Source: an uncultured Thermoleophilia bacterium
Lineage (GTDB): Bacteria > Actinomycetota > Thermoleophilia > Gaiellales > Gaiellaceae
Direction: 5' to 3'
DNA: 64,000 bases
Assembly (NCBI GenBank): GCA_963751875.1
Contig: CAVVWG010000009.1
Span: 4,722 to 68,721, forward strand
The first letter of the stretch is position 1, and every line of letters begins with the position of its first letter. Below, one piece after another: positions 27,131-38,392 of the stretch. The notes under the pieces were generated by a model, which saw only the letters and a program-made list of their open reading frames with translations, made no database searches and had not been told where the DNA came from. Position numbers and translations under genes: made by a program.

Positions 27131-28630
27131 CTAGCGGATCGAGATCTTGCCGAAACGACCAACGCCGACGCCGCCGACGAGGACGTACTTGACGTCGACG
27201 TACTCGTCGATGCCGAAGGCGCCGCCCTCGCGGCCGTAGCCGGACTCCTTGATGCCGCCGAACGGCGCGTTGGCGGCACTGATGATCCCGGAGTTCGCGC
27301 CCACGATCCCGTACTCGAGCTTCTCGGCCACCCGCAGGAGGCGCGCGTAGTCGCGCGTGTGGAAGTACGCCGCGAGCCCGTAGATCGAGTCGTTGGCGAC
27401 CCGGATCGCCTCTTCCTCGGTCTCGAATCGGGTCACGCCGGCGACAGGGCCGAAGGTCTCCTCGTGCGAGATCAGCATCTCCGGCGTGACGCCGTCGAGC
27501 ACGGTCGGCGCGTAGTACGACCCACCGGCGTACTCGCCGCCGCTGAGCCGCTCGCCGCCGACGACGAGGCGCGCGCCGTGGGCGATCGCGTCCTGCACGT
27601 GCTCGTCGGCCTTGTCGACGCGCGCGCTCGTCGATCATCGGGCCGATCGTGACGCCGTCGGTCGTGCCGTGCCCGACGACGAGCTTCGTGACCTTCTCGG
27701 CGAGGCGGCTGACGAAGGCTGTCGTAGATGCCGCTCTGCACGTAGGTGCGGTTCGCGCAGACGCACGTCTGGCCGGCGTTGCGGAACTTCGACGCGATCA
27801 GCCCGTCGACGGCCTCGTCGAGATCGGCGTCGTCGAAGATGATGTACGGCGCGTGGCCGCCGAGCTCGAGCGACAGCCGCTTGATCTGGTCGGCGGAGCG
27901 CCGGATCAGGTCCTTGCCGACCTCGGTCGAGCCCGTGAACGAGATCTTGCGCACGCGCGCGTCGGAGAAGAGCTGGTCGGCGACCATGCCCGCCGAGCGC
28001 GACGTGATCAGGTTGACGACGCCGGGCGGCGTGCCCGCGTCCTCGATCGCCCGCAGGATCAGGGCGGCGGTCAGCGGGGTGGCGCTCGCCGGCTTGACGA
28101 CGCTCGTGCAGCCGGCGGCCATCGCCGGGCCGAGCTTGCGGGTCATCATCGCGGCCGGGAAGTTCCAGGGGGTGATCGCGGCCGTCACGCCGACCGGCTG
28201 GCGGAGCACGAGCACCCGGTTGGCGGTGTTCATCGGCGGCACGACCTGCCCGTAGACGCGCTCGGCCTCGCCGCCGAACCACTCGAGGAAGCTGGCGGCG
28301 TAGTCGACCTCGCCCGACCGCCTCGGCGAGCGGCTTGCCCTGCTCGGAGGTCATCACGAGCGCGATGCGGTCGCGGCGCTCGCGGATCAGGTCGGCGGCG
28401 CGGCGGAGGATGCGCGCGCGGTTCAGCGCGGGCTGCGCCTTCCACTCATCGAGCGCGGCGGAGGCCGCGTCGATCGCCGCGGCGACGTCGCTCTCGCCCG
28501 CGTCGGGGACGGAGCCGACGACCTCGCCGGTGCCCGGGTCGGTGACGTCGAACCGTCGCCCGTCGCCCGCCTCGACCCACTCGCCGCCAATCAGGAGCCG
28601 TTCCTCGACCCCGGTCGCCACTGCAGCCAT
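27131..28630 (-). CDS. gabD: NAD(P)-dependent succinate-semialdehyde dehydrogenase (frameshifts)
   Basis: ITPWNFP, SFTGSTEVG, LELGG, KFRNAGQTCVCANR, EETFGP, PFGGIKESGYGREG. Confidence 0.9.
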
Positions 28631-28691
28631 CACATGTCTCCCTTCTCGAATGCCGTCCTCACAGGCTAGACCATTCACTATCGTCGGCCGC

Positions 28692-29877
28692 GTGTCCGTC
28701 ACGTTCCCGGTCGGCGCAACGGTCACGCTCGCAGAGCTCGAGCACGACCCGCACCCCGCGCTCGCTCGACTGCGGGAGCACGAGCCCGTCTCGTGGGTAC
28801 CCGCGTTGCAGGCCTGGATCGTGACCCGCCGCGACCTTGCGCTGCAGGTGATGCGAGACACGGTCGTCTTCACGGTCGACGACCCACGATTCTCGACCGC
28901 CCAGGTCGTCGGCCCGAGCATGCTCTCACTCGACGGGGAGGAGCATCGCCGCCATCGTGATCCCTTTGCGCGGCCGTTTCGCCTCCAGGCGGTGAACGAG
29001 CGGTTCTCGGCGATCGTGCGGCAGGAGGTCGACAGGCTGATCACGCTCGTCGAACGCAACGGTCGCGCCGACCTGCGGGGCGATCTCGCCGGCCCGCTCT
29101 CGGTCGAGATGATGGTGCAGGCGCTCGGTCTCGAGGAGACCGACCCGGCAGAGGCGTTGGCGTGGTACGGCGCGATCGTCGCCGAGGTGACGGCGATCAC
29201 CGCGGGAGCGGCGCCGGACGGGAGCGGCCGGGAGGCATTCGCCCGTCTGTGCTCGTCCGTCGAGCCTGCGCTCGACCGTCACCCCTCGTCATCGCTCGTC
29301 GCCGCCGCTGCGCACACCGGTGGGCTGACGCGGGCGCAGGTGACCTCGAACGCCGCGGTGCTCCTGTTCGGCGGCATCGAGACGACGGAGGCGATGATCG
29401 CGAACGCGTTCCTGCACCTGCTCTCGAATCCATCGCAGCAGGCGCTCGTCGAAGCCGAGCCGGCCCTGCTCGCGGCAGCGGTCGAGGAGTCGCTCCGCCT
29501 CGAGCCCGCCGCAGCCGTCGTCGACCGGTACGTGACGCGCGACACGGAGCTTGCAGGCGTGCCGCTCGCGTCAGGGGGACCTCGTCACCGTCTCGCTCGC
29601 GGGTGCCAATCGCGACCCCGCCGTGTTCGCCGAGCCCGACCGGTTCGACGTGCGGCGTGACAACGTCGGCCTCCAGGTTGGATTTGCCCACGGCCCCCAC
29701 GTGTGCCTGGGCATGCATCTCGCCCGGCTCGAGACCCGCGTCGCCCTCGAGCGTGCCCTCGCCCGGCTGCCGCGGCTCCGCCTCGACCCGGCTCGCCCGG
29801 CCGCTGCCCGCGGCCTCGTCTTCCGCAAGCCGCCGGCCGTCTGGGCCCTGTGGGACAGGACCGCATTGGTAGGGTGA
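28692..29877 (+). CDS. cytochrome P450 (frameshift near 29575)
   Basis: GGIETT, EESLR, FAHGPHVCLG heme motif. Confidence 0.93.
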
Positions 29878-29884
29878 CGGCCGC

Positions 29885-31042
29885 ATGGCTGACGCTCTCA
29901 TCATCGATGCAGTGCGGTCGGCAATCGGACGCCGCAACGGCACCTTGGCGGCCGTTCGGGCCGACGATCTTGCCGCGGATGTGCTGAACGGCCTCGTCGG
30001 CCGGATCGGCATCGACACGGCCGAGATCGAGGACGTCCAGATGGGCTGCGTGACCCAGGTCGGGGAGCAGGCCTTCAACGTCGGCCGCATCGCCTCGCTC
30101 GTCGCGGGCTGGCCCGAGACGGTCGCCGCGACGACGGTCGACCGCCAGTGTGGCTCCTCGATGCAGGCCGCGTTCAACGCGTCGGCCGCGATCCAGGCGG
30201 GCCACCTCGATGTGATCGTCGCCGCGGGTGTCGAGTCGATGTCGCGGGTGCCGATGGGCTCGAACCTCGGTGCCGATGGCTGGTCGGGCCTCAATCAGAA
30301 GATCGCCGAACGGTGGCCGATCGTGCCGCAGGGCATCTCGGCCGAGGAGATCGCGAAGGAGTGGAACATCACCCGCGAGCAGCTCGACGCCTACTCGCTC
30401 GAGTCGACCATGCGCGCGATCGCCGCGATCGACGGCGGCAAGTTCGAGCAGGAGATCGTCCCGGTCACGCTCCCGGACGGAGGGACGTTCGAGGTCGACG
30501 AGGCTCCGCGCCGCGACACATCGGCGGAGCGGCTCGCCGAGCTCAAGCCTGCATTCATCGAGGACGGTCGCGTGACGGCGGGGAACTCGAGCCAGATCGT
30601 CGACGGCGCCGCCGCGATGCTCGTCGTCAGCGAGGCTGCTGCCGGCCGGCTCGGGCTGACGCCGCGGGCGCGATTCGTTTCGTTCGGCATCGCCGGCGTC
30701 GATCCGTACCGGATGCTGCACGGCAACCCGCAGGCGTGCGCCCAGGCGCTCACCCGCGCCGGCCTCGGCTGGGACGACATGGCCGTGATCGAGGTCAACG
30801 AGGCGTTCGCCTCGGTCGTCCTGCAGACGCTGATCGACTGCGACCTGAACGAGCGCTGGGCGGCCGGCGACGTCAACCCGAACGGCGGCGGCATCTCGAT
30901 CGGCCATCCGCTCGGCGCCACCGGCGCCCGCATCACGGCGACGCTGCTCGCCGAGCTCGACCGGCGCGACGCGCGCTATGGCCTGGCCTGCATGTGCATC
31001 GGCCAGGGCCAGGCGATCGCCGCCGTGATCGAGCGCCTCTAG
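29885..31042 (+). CDS. acetyl-CoA C-acyltransferase (thiolase)
   Basis: RQCGSS, NEAFA, GHPLGATG, CIGQG. Confidence 0.95.
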   Translation: MADALIIDAVRSAIGRRNGTLAAVRADDLAADVLNGLVGRIGIDTAEIEDVQMGCVTQVGEQAFNVGRIASLVAGWPETVAATTVDRQCGSSMQAAFNASAAIQAGHLDVIVAAGVESMSRVPMGSNLGADGWSGLNQKIAERWPIVPQGISAEEIAKEWNITREQLDAYSLESTMRAIAAIDGGKFEQEIVPVTLPDGGTFEVDEAPRRDTSAERLAELKPAFIEDGRVTAGNSSQIVDGAAAMLVVSEAAAGRLGLTPRARFVSFGIAGVDPYRMLHGNPQACAQALTRAGLGWDDMAVIEVNEAFASVVLQTLIDCDLNERWAAGDVNPNGGGISIGHPLGATGARITATLLAELDRRDARYGLACMCIGQGQAIAAVIERL

Positions 31043-31060
31043 CCGACGCAGGTCTCGCAA

Positions 31061-31483
31061 TCACACGCGGTCTGTGTGATCGCGAGACCTGACTCCAGAG
31101 TTCAGCCGGCGGCTCTCGACGATCATGAGGTGGTTCGCGTCGTGGTCGCGGAAGAAGAACAGCAGCGGCACGACGCCGTCGCCGCCCATCAGCTCCGCGT
31201 CGACGTCGACGCCCGCCGCCGTCAGCGCGGCGTGATCCGCCTTCGGATCCGTCGAGTCGAGCGCGATGCCGGTCATCCTGCCGGTCGGGTAGTCGTCCCT
31301 GCTCGGCACGAGCGCGATCGTGGCGCCGCCGGCGGGAGGCGCGACCTCGACCCAGCGGTCTCCTTCGCCGAACGGCACGTCCGCCGTCAGCGAGAAGCCG
31401 AGCTTCTCGGTGTAGAACGCGATCGCCGTGTCCTGGTCGGCGACGGGAACCATGACCCTGCCTACCTGCGTGATCTGTGGCAC
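31061..31483 (-). CDS. VOC/glyoxalase family protein
   Basis: VPVADQDTAIAFYTEKLGF, RWVEV, FFFRD. Confidence 0.88.
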   Translation of the reverse strand: MPQITQVGRVMVPVADQDTAIAFYTEKLGFSLTADVPFGEGDRWVEVAPPAGGATIALVPSRDDYPTGRMTGIALDSTDPKADHAALTAAGVDVDAELMGGDGVVPLLFFFRDHDANHLMIVESRRLNSGVRSRDHTDRV

Positions 31484-31510
31484 CTTGACTCCTTTTCCGA
31501 GTGGTCGAAC

Positions 31511-31541
31511 CTATGACGGCGAGGCTCGGCGAAACTCATCG
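31511..31541 (-). promoter_or_regulatory. ECF (SigG-like) promoter CGATGA-N18-GTCATAG
   Basis: Minus strand CGATGA gtttcgccgagcctcgcc GTC atag, upstream of the glyoxalase gene and AAGGAG SD. Confidence 0.6.
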
Positions 31542-31563
31542 GTCAGCGCTCTAGTCTCCCGGC

Positions 31564-32323
31564 ATGCTCTTCGACGTCGCCGCCGATGCGTACGACCGGT
31601 TCATGGGACGGTACTCCGTGCTGCTCTCGCCGCAGCTCGCCGATCTGGCCGGGGTCGCAGCCGGGCAGCGGGTGATCGACGTCGGCTGCGGGCCGGGCGC
31701 GCTCACCGCGGAGCTCGTCGCCCGGGTCGGGGCCGATCCGGTCGCCGCGATCGATCCGTCGGAGCCGTTCGTCGAGGCGGCCCGTGCGCGCCATCCGGGC
31801 GTCGACGTTCGGCTCGGCTCGGCGGAGCAGCTGCCGTTCCCGGACGACACGTTCGATGCTGCCCTCGCCCAGCTCGTCGTCCAGTTCATGAGCGATCCGG
31901 CGGCGGGCGTGGGGGAGATGGCGCGCGTGACCCGGCCGGGCGGCGTCGGTGGTCGCATGCGTCTGGGATCACGGCGGCGGTCAGGGGCCGCTGAGCCCGT
32001 TGTGGGACGCGGCCCGGGCGCTCGATCCGACGGTCGAGGACGAGACGATGCTGCGCCGGCTCGATCAGGGCGAGCTCGGCGCTGTTCGAGGACGGGGGGC
32101 TCGCGGACGTCGCCGAGACGGCGCTGTCGGTGAGCGTCGAGCACCCGACCTTCGAGGAGTGGTGGGAGCCGTTCACGCTCGGGGTCGGCCCGGCCGGCGC
32201 CTACATCGCGGGTCTCGACGCCGAGCACCAGGCCGCAGCTCCGGGAGCAATGCCGCGCGATGCTTCCGGCGGCGCCGTTCGTGCTGACGGCGCGCGCCTG
32301 GACGGGCTCGGCCGCGCCTTTAG
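31564..32323 (+). CDS. class I SAM-dependent methyltransferase (frameshifts; end approximate)
   Basis: AYDRFMGRYS, IDVGCGPG, LPFPDDTFD. Confidence 0.85.
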
Positions 32324-32774
32324 AGCGACTTCTCGTAGAAGATCGAGTAGTCCGAGAGCGGGTAGTCGAGCACCGGGCCGCAGCGGGTGAACCCGCCGCG
32401 CTCGTACACGCGCCAGGCGGCATCGTGGACGTGCCCGGTCTCGAGCACGAGCTGCGTCAGTCCTTCATCGCGCGCCCGCGCCTCGATCTGCGCCAGGATG
32501 TCGCCGCCGATGTGCTGTCCCCGATGCGAGGGCAGCGTGTACATGCGCTTCACCTCGCCGATGCCGTCGCCGTGGCGGCGGAGCGCTCCGCAGGCGACGG
32601 CGGCGCCCTCGTCGCGCGCGATCCAGACCGTCGTGTCCGCGTCGGCCATCTGCTCGACGGTGAGGTGGGAGCAGAACTCGGCGGTGTGAGCTCGAACAGG
32701 TGCGCGTTCAAGGCCGCGATCAGCTCGCGCACGTCGTCCTGCAAGGGGCTCTCGACCGCGATCGTGACTGCCAT
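32320..32774 (-). CDS. GNAT acetyltransferase (frameshift)
   Basis: VACGAL, GEVKRMY, HRGQHIG, LETG, YERGGF. Confidence 0.88.
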
Positions 32775-32815
32775 CGCGCGGAATCTATCGAGGCCGTTCC
32801 GGGCCGCGCCACTCG

Positions 32816-33334
32816 CTAGTCGACGATCTCGACCCCGGTCACATGCGCGAACAGGGCCGCGTTCTCGACGATGTCGCTCCACGGCATCCGGGCGCCGCGC
32901 AGCGCCTCCGGCCCGCGGAGGCCGCTGAGATCGCAGCCGCGCAGCTCGACGCGCTCGAGCGTTGCGCCGGAGAGCGTCGCCTCGCGCAACTCGCAGCGCT
33001 CGAACAGGACGTCCTTGAGCGTGGCGCCGTAGAGATCGCACTCGCTCATCCGGCAGTCGCGGAACACGACCCGCTCGAGCGTCGCGTGGCGGAGGCCGGC
33101 GAGGTCGATCCGGCACTCGTCGAAGGTGACGTCGGCGATCGTCGCCTCCGCCAGCTCGGCTCCCGTCAGCCGGCACCGCCGCAGCACGGCCCGCCGCGCC
33201 GAGAAGCCCGGTGCGCGCTCGCCGGCCCAGTCGACGTCCACGACGACGGCGTCGACCAGATCGCCGAAATCGACCGTCGGCGGCTGGTCGTCGGCGAGGT
33301 CCGGCGGGTAGGGGGAGACCAGCGGCTTCGACAT
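32816..33334 (-). CDS. pentapeptide repeat protein
   Basis: Repeats such as CRLTG/AELAE/ATIAD, ATLER/VVFRD/CRMSE. Confidence 0.85.
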   Translation of the reverse strand: MSKPLVSPYPPDLADDQPPTVDFGDLVDAVVVDVDWAGERAPGFSARRAVLRRCRLTGAELAEATIADVTFDECRIDLAGLRHATLERVVFRDCRMSECDLYGATLKDVLFERCELREATLSGATLERVELRGCDLSGLRGPEALRGARMPWSDIVENAALFAHVTGVEIVD

Positions 33335-33570
33335 GAGCGGTAGCGCATGCGGGCCGGCCACGCGGCGTTGCGGCCGAGGCGGCGGTCGACGGCGATCAGG
33401 CCGATGACGACGATGAATCCCAACGGAATCGTCAGCCACCACCAGATCGAGGTCGTCGCCGATCCGGGCAGGAATCCCTTCGGCGCATACTCCGATCGCT
33501 GATATAGGGGCTGAGCTGACGATCCGGCTCGAGCGTGCGCCGCTCAGGCGCCCGTTCGCCGGGGGGGGAG

Positions 33571-34030
33571 TCAGGCGGGGACGATTCGCTGCGGCCCGTG
33601 GGTCGGCCGCGTCAGATCCGGATAGTTCTCGCGGTCGATGTCGACCAGCAGAACCGGTGTCGGCTCGCCCTTGACGTCGATCTCGTAGCGGGCCGTCGTA
33701 GCGTAGCCCGTGCCGAAGTCGCCCGCGTCGTAGCGCGTCCAGAGTTCGTCGAAGCGGCCCACGTCGACGCGCATCGTGTCGCCGCCGCGGCCCCGCTCGA
33801 CGATGGCGTCCGTTGCAAGCAGCAGCGAGCCCGCGATCTGCCGCTCGAACCGGCCCTCGTCGTTTGCGCTCGAACCGCTGCGTCACGATCGACCCTGCCT
33901 CGATCGGGCCCTCGACCGTCGCGAACGCCGAGCGCACAGTGGAGAGCTGAACCCTGATGACGGCCATGGTCGGGAGGGCCCTGCCCGTCGGGTTCGCCTG
34001 GGGAGGTGGCGCGTTCGACTCGAAGTCCAT
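33571..34030 (-). CDS. hypothetical protein (frameshift)
   Basis: MDFESNAPP...MAVIRVQL joins MRVDVGRFDELWTRY...QRIVPA. Confidence 0.5.
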
Positions 34031-34105
34031 GGCGGTCCAGCGTCGCGGCGGGCGCGCCGACGCTCGCGCGACGAGAGGTGCGGTGCTCACCGCTACGATC
34101 GCGGG

Positions 34106-34732
34106 GTGGCGACGCCGTCGCGGATTCGACCGCTCCGGGACGCGGCGTGGGCGCTGCGGCCTCGTCGCGACCGTCGCCGTGCTCGCCTGCGCCGCGGCGT
34201 TGCTCGGGCATGCGGTCGCCCGCGGCGCCACGGCCGCAGCTATTACCGCGGCGACGCTGCGCGACCCGGCGAACGACGTCCGGGAAGCAAGACGTCGACC
34301 TCCCTTCATCGCCGTGTCGAAGCAGAACGGTGCTCTCATCGTGCGCTTTACGGTGCGCCGGCCGATCACCGACAACGTGAGCTACACCGCGAGCGTCCGG
34401 GCAGGAACCGGATCATGGGCGCTCGTCGCGAGGCGAGGCGCGGGAGCCGACTCCTTCTTGCTCTACAACCTCTCGACCGGGATGACGACGCGCGTCACCG
34501 GAGCGTTCGGAGGTCGAACGGCAACGGTGAGGGCGCCGATCGCGGCGCTGGGTGGCCAGACGAACGCCACGTGGGCCGGGTCAGCGCCTACTTCCGGGCC
34601 GAGCCGGTGGGCGGAAGGACCGGCACCGCCGACCGTGCCGCAAGCGCCGGGCCGACCGTCTTCTTCTGCCTCACGGATCGTCGCCCGAGGCCCCACTGGG
34701 GCCCGTGCATCTGGCCCGGCCAGGTTCGCTGA
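34106..34732 (+). CDS. secreted hypothetical protein (frameshifts; ends approximate)
   Basis: TACGAT -10 before GTG; hydrophobic signal; RDPANDV and beta-rich body. Confidence 0.45.
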   Translation: MATPSRIRPLRDAAWALRPRRDRRRARLRRGVARACGRPRRHGRSYYRGDAARPGERRPGSKTSTSLHRRVEAERCSHRALYGAPADHRQRELHRERPGRNRIMGARREARRGSRLLLALQPLDRDDDARHRSVRRSNGNGEGADRGAGWPDERHVGRVSAYFRAEPVGGRTGTADRAASAGPTVFFCLTDRRPRPHWGPCIWPGQVR

Positions 34733-34750
34733 GCGGGCTGCGGTACGCCC

Positions 34751-35733
34751 CTACGGCCCGACGAGATCCCGCTCGACCTCGGCGCTGACCGTGCGGGCGA
34801 TCTCGACGAAGGCGCGGGACGACGGGGAGCGGTGGCGGTCGCGGTGCCAGACGACGCCGAGCGCGGCGGCGGGGGACGGGTGGGTCGAGGGCGATCACCT
34901 TGACGCGGTCGTCGCCCTGCTGGATCGCGAGCAGCGGCATCAACGCGACGCCGAATCGTGCAGCGACGAGCCCCTGCAGGGTCGTGTTGTCGTCGGAGCG
35001 GAAGGCGTAGTCGATCTGCTCGCCGCGCTCGTGCAGCGCATCCTCGACGACGTTGACGCTCGAGCACTGGTTGGCCCCGATCATCGGCACCTCGCCGAGG
35101 TCGGCGAGCGAGATGCTGTCGCGTGCGGCGAGAGGGCTGTCGCCGAGACGAGGAGCACGTGAGGATCGGTGAGGAGCTCGATCGCGTCGAACGGGCCGTC
35201 CGGAAAGGGGAGGCTGCAGAACCCGAGGTCGATCGCGCCGCTCTCGATACCGCGGTAGAGCGTCTCGTCGTTGGAAGGCTCCGACAGCTCGAAGGCGATC
35301 CCGGCCAGTCGGCCATGAAGCGGCGCATCACGAGGGGGAGGACGCGCGCGCTGATCGACTGGTAGGTCGCGACCCGCAGCGTGCCGGTCTCGCCGGCGCG
35401 CAGCGCGGCCATGTCCGCGCGCGCCGCATCGAGCCGGTTGACGATCGCCTCGGCATGTCGCAGGAGCAGCTCGCCGGCCTCGGTCATCGAGACTGCCCGC
35501 GGGCCACCGGGGCGCTCGACGAGCTTCTCGCCGACGATGCGCTCGAGGGCGGCGATCTGCTGGCTCACGGCCGACTGGGTGTAGCCGAGCTCGAGGGCGG
35601 CGCGGCCGAACGAGCCGGTCCGGGCCACCGCTTCGAGCGCCGCGAGGTGCCGCACCTCGACGCCGAGCCAGTTGTCGGCGGCGCCGTCGCGAGCCGATCG
35701 TGGAAGTTGATTAGCTGTGGTAATGGATGTCAT
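34751..35733 (-). CDS. LysR family transcriptional regulator (frameshifts)
   Basis: RHLAALEAVARTGSFGRAALELGYTQSAVSQQIAALE. Confidence 0.92.
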
Positions 35734-35781
35734 GAAAACCTCGACTTGTGCTGATAGTACCTGCTCAGCGATCATGCGGCC

Positions 35782-35892
35782 ATGGAAATCGCACTGATCG
35801 TCTTCATTCTCCTCGTCGGGATCGGGGCGGTCGTTGCCGGCCGTGACTCCCGGATCGACGAGACGGCCCGTCGGCGGCGGTACCTCGGGTGA
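35782..35892 (+). CDS. 36-aa single-TM peptide MEIALIVFILLVGIGAVVAGRDSRIDETARRRRYLG
   Basis: Clean ORF divergent from LysR; GTGA overlap with the next gene. Confidence 0.65.
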   Translation: MEIALIVFILLVGIGAVVAGRDSRIDETARRRRYLG

Positions 35893-36173
35893 CCGAGCAC
35901 CTGCCGGCGGCCCTCGCACGTCAGGTCGGCGAGCGCGGCGAGATCGCGATTCGCCCCGCCCAGCCGGCCGACGGGGAGACGTTCGCAGGCTGGCGCAGCT
36001 CGTCGACCGGCCCGTGCCGGCGGAGCCGATGCTGCTCGCCGAGAGTGACGGCGCCGTCGTCGTCGCGCTGTCGACGGTGACCGGCGACGTGGTCAGCGAT
36101 CCATTCCGGGCGACGGGCGACTCGTCGACCTGCTCCGGCTGCGCTCGGCGCAGCTCACGACCTCGCCGCCTGA
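35889..36173 (+). CDS. small hypothetical protein, truncated GNAT-like (frameshifts)
   Basis: IAIRPAQPAD...LAQLVDRPVPAEPMLLAESDGAVVVALS...SDPFRAT. Confidence 0.55.
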
Positions 36174-36217
36174 ACCGCCCGGCGGCCCGGTCGGCGCAAG
36201 CCTCTAGGATCGGCCGC

Positions 36218-37073
36218 ATGACGGAGATCCGCACGATCGGCGTGATCGGCCTCGGCGCCATGGGCGGCGGGATCGCGCAGCTTGCGATCGAGGCGGGCTA
36301 CGACACGGTCGGACGCGAGGTGACCGGTGAGCTCGCAGACGCGGCGGCGGGCAGGATCGGGCACTTCCTCACCCGCAAGGTCGAGAAGGGCCAGCTCGAG
36401 CAGGCCGAACGCGATGCGGCGGTCGCGCGGCTCACGACCACGACCGAGCTCGAGGAGCTCGCCGGCTGCGATCTCGTGATCGAGGCGATCGTCGAGGAGC
36501 TCGAGCCGAAGCGCGAGCTCTTCGCCGAGCTCGACCGGATCTGCCGGCCCGACGCGATCCTCGCGACCAACACCTCGGCGCTCTCGGTGACCGAGATCGC
36601 CGCCGCGACGACCCGGCCCGAGCGCGTCGTCGGCATGCACTTCTTCAATCCGGCGCCGCTGATGCCGCTCGTCGAGATCGTCCAGGCCGAGCTCACCTCG
36701 CGCCGAGACCGTCGAGGCCGCTGCGGCCGTCGGCGCGCGGCTCGGCAAGGAGGTCGTGCGCTGCCACGACACGCCCGGGTTCGTCGTCAACCGCGTCCTG
36801 ATCCCGCTCCTCAACGACTGCCTGCGCGTGCTCGACGAGGCGCGCGTGACGCCCGAGGCGCTCGACATCGCGATGAAGAACGGCGCGGGCTGGCCGATGG
36901 GGCCGTGCACGCTCGTCGACCTGGTCGGCATCGACGTGCACGTCCACGCGTCCGAGGCGCTGTACGAGAAGCTCCGCGAGCCGCGGATGGCGCCGCCGCC
37001 GCGGCTCGTGGCGATGAAGAACGCCGGCCTGCTCGGCCGCAAGAGCGGCCGCGGCTTCTACAGCTACGACTGA
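36218..37073 (+). CDS. 3-hydroxybutyryl-CoA dehydrogenase (frameshift)
   Basis: GLGAMGGGIA, IEAIVE, ATNTS, GMHFFNP, PGFVVNR, PMGP. Confidence 0.93.
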
Positions 37074-37077
37074 GCCT

Positions 37078-38285
37078 TCAGCGCTCGACGTCGGTCATCG
37101 GCACGCCGAGCCGCTCCGCGACGCGCGGCACGAGCGTTCCCTGGACGACGACCGAGAACAGCACGACGACGAAGACGATCCCGTAGATCTGATTCGCACT
37201 GCTCGGTGTGGGCCGACGACGGCGAGCGAGGCGAGCAGGATCGGCACGGCTCCCTTCAGCCCGGCCCAGGTGACGAAGAGCCGCTCACCGCGGGAGAGCC
37301 GCGACGGCAGGAGGAGCGGCGTCACCACGAGCGGCCGCACGACGAAGCCGAGGATGACGGCGAGCACGAGCCCCTCCCACCAGAGCGAGCCCGACAGGAT
37401 GTAGCCGAGGTCGACCGTGAGCCCGAGCGCGACGAAGACGGCGAGCTCGCCGAGGTCGGCGAGCGCCGACTGGAAGTGACGCACCTCGACCGGTGCCGGG
37501 ATCTCGGCGTCGCCGATCACGATCCCGGCGACGAAGACGGCGAGGAAGCCCGACCCGTGCGAGACCGCGGCGAGGCCGTAGACGACCCCGGCGCCGAGCA
37601 TCACCGCCAGCGGGTACAGCGAGCCGTCGGGCAGCGGCACGCGGCGGAGCGCCTGCAGCATCACGACGCCGGCGACGGCGCCGACCGCGAGCCCGATGCC
37701 CATCTCCCGCAGGAACTCCCAGGCGACGTCGGCGATCCCGGCCGACGGGACGGTCGCCAGCTCGATCATCCCGATCATCAGCGCGATCCCGACCGGGTCG
37801 TTGAACCCCGACTCGCCCTCGAGGATCGTGCCGGAGCGGCCCTCGACCTCCTTGCCGGCGAGCACGGAGAACGTCACCGCCGGGTCGGTCGGTGCCAGCG
37901 CCGCGCCGATCAGGAGCGAGACGGTCCAGTCGAAGCCGAGCAGGTAGTGCGCCGCGACCGCGACGAGCGGCGCGGTGGCGAAGGTCCCGAGGACGCCGAG
38001 GATCGTGATCGGCACGGCGGCGGTGCGGAACCTGCTCAGCCCGATGCTCGTGCCGCCGTCGAAGAGGATCGCGATCAGCGCGAGCGTGGCGACCCGCTGG
38101 ACGTCCTCGAACGTGAGCAGGCCCGCGAGCCGGTCGGAGAGCTCGGAGGCGACCGCCGCGACGGCCAGCAGCAGCGCCGCCGTGGGGAGGCCGATCCGGG
38201 AGGCGACGACCCGGATCAGGATCGCGATCGACAGGGCCCCGGCGACGACCAGGATGATCCGCCCGAAATCGAGGATGTCGTCCAC
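37078..38285 (-). CDS. CPA1 cation/proton antiporter (NhaP2/CvrA-like)
   Basis: ILFDGG, APTDPA, ESGFNDP, SGFLAVF, GLKGAVPI; about 12 TM. Confidence 0.9.
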
Positions 38286-38392
38286 GTCGCCGATTCTCCC
38301 TGTTGGGGCGGGCGCGGGCGGAGCTGCGCTAACAGATTCCTTACGGGCGTCTCATTGCAGGCACATGCCGCCGACCGATACTGATGCACGTA

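Noticed and set aside
28692-31042. P450 plus thiolase as a secondary-metabolite cluster
   Set aside because: No PKS, NRPS, terpene or RiPP core gene is nearby; a catabolic role is more likely.
38286-38345. Na+/Li+ riboswitch upstream of the antiporter
   Set aside because: Only a weak CTGTT..AACAG stem is present; I cannot match the nhaA-I/II or DUF1646 consensus. An Infernal search would be needed.
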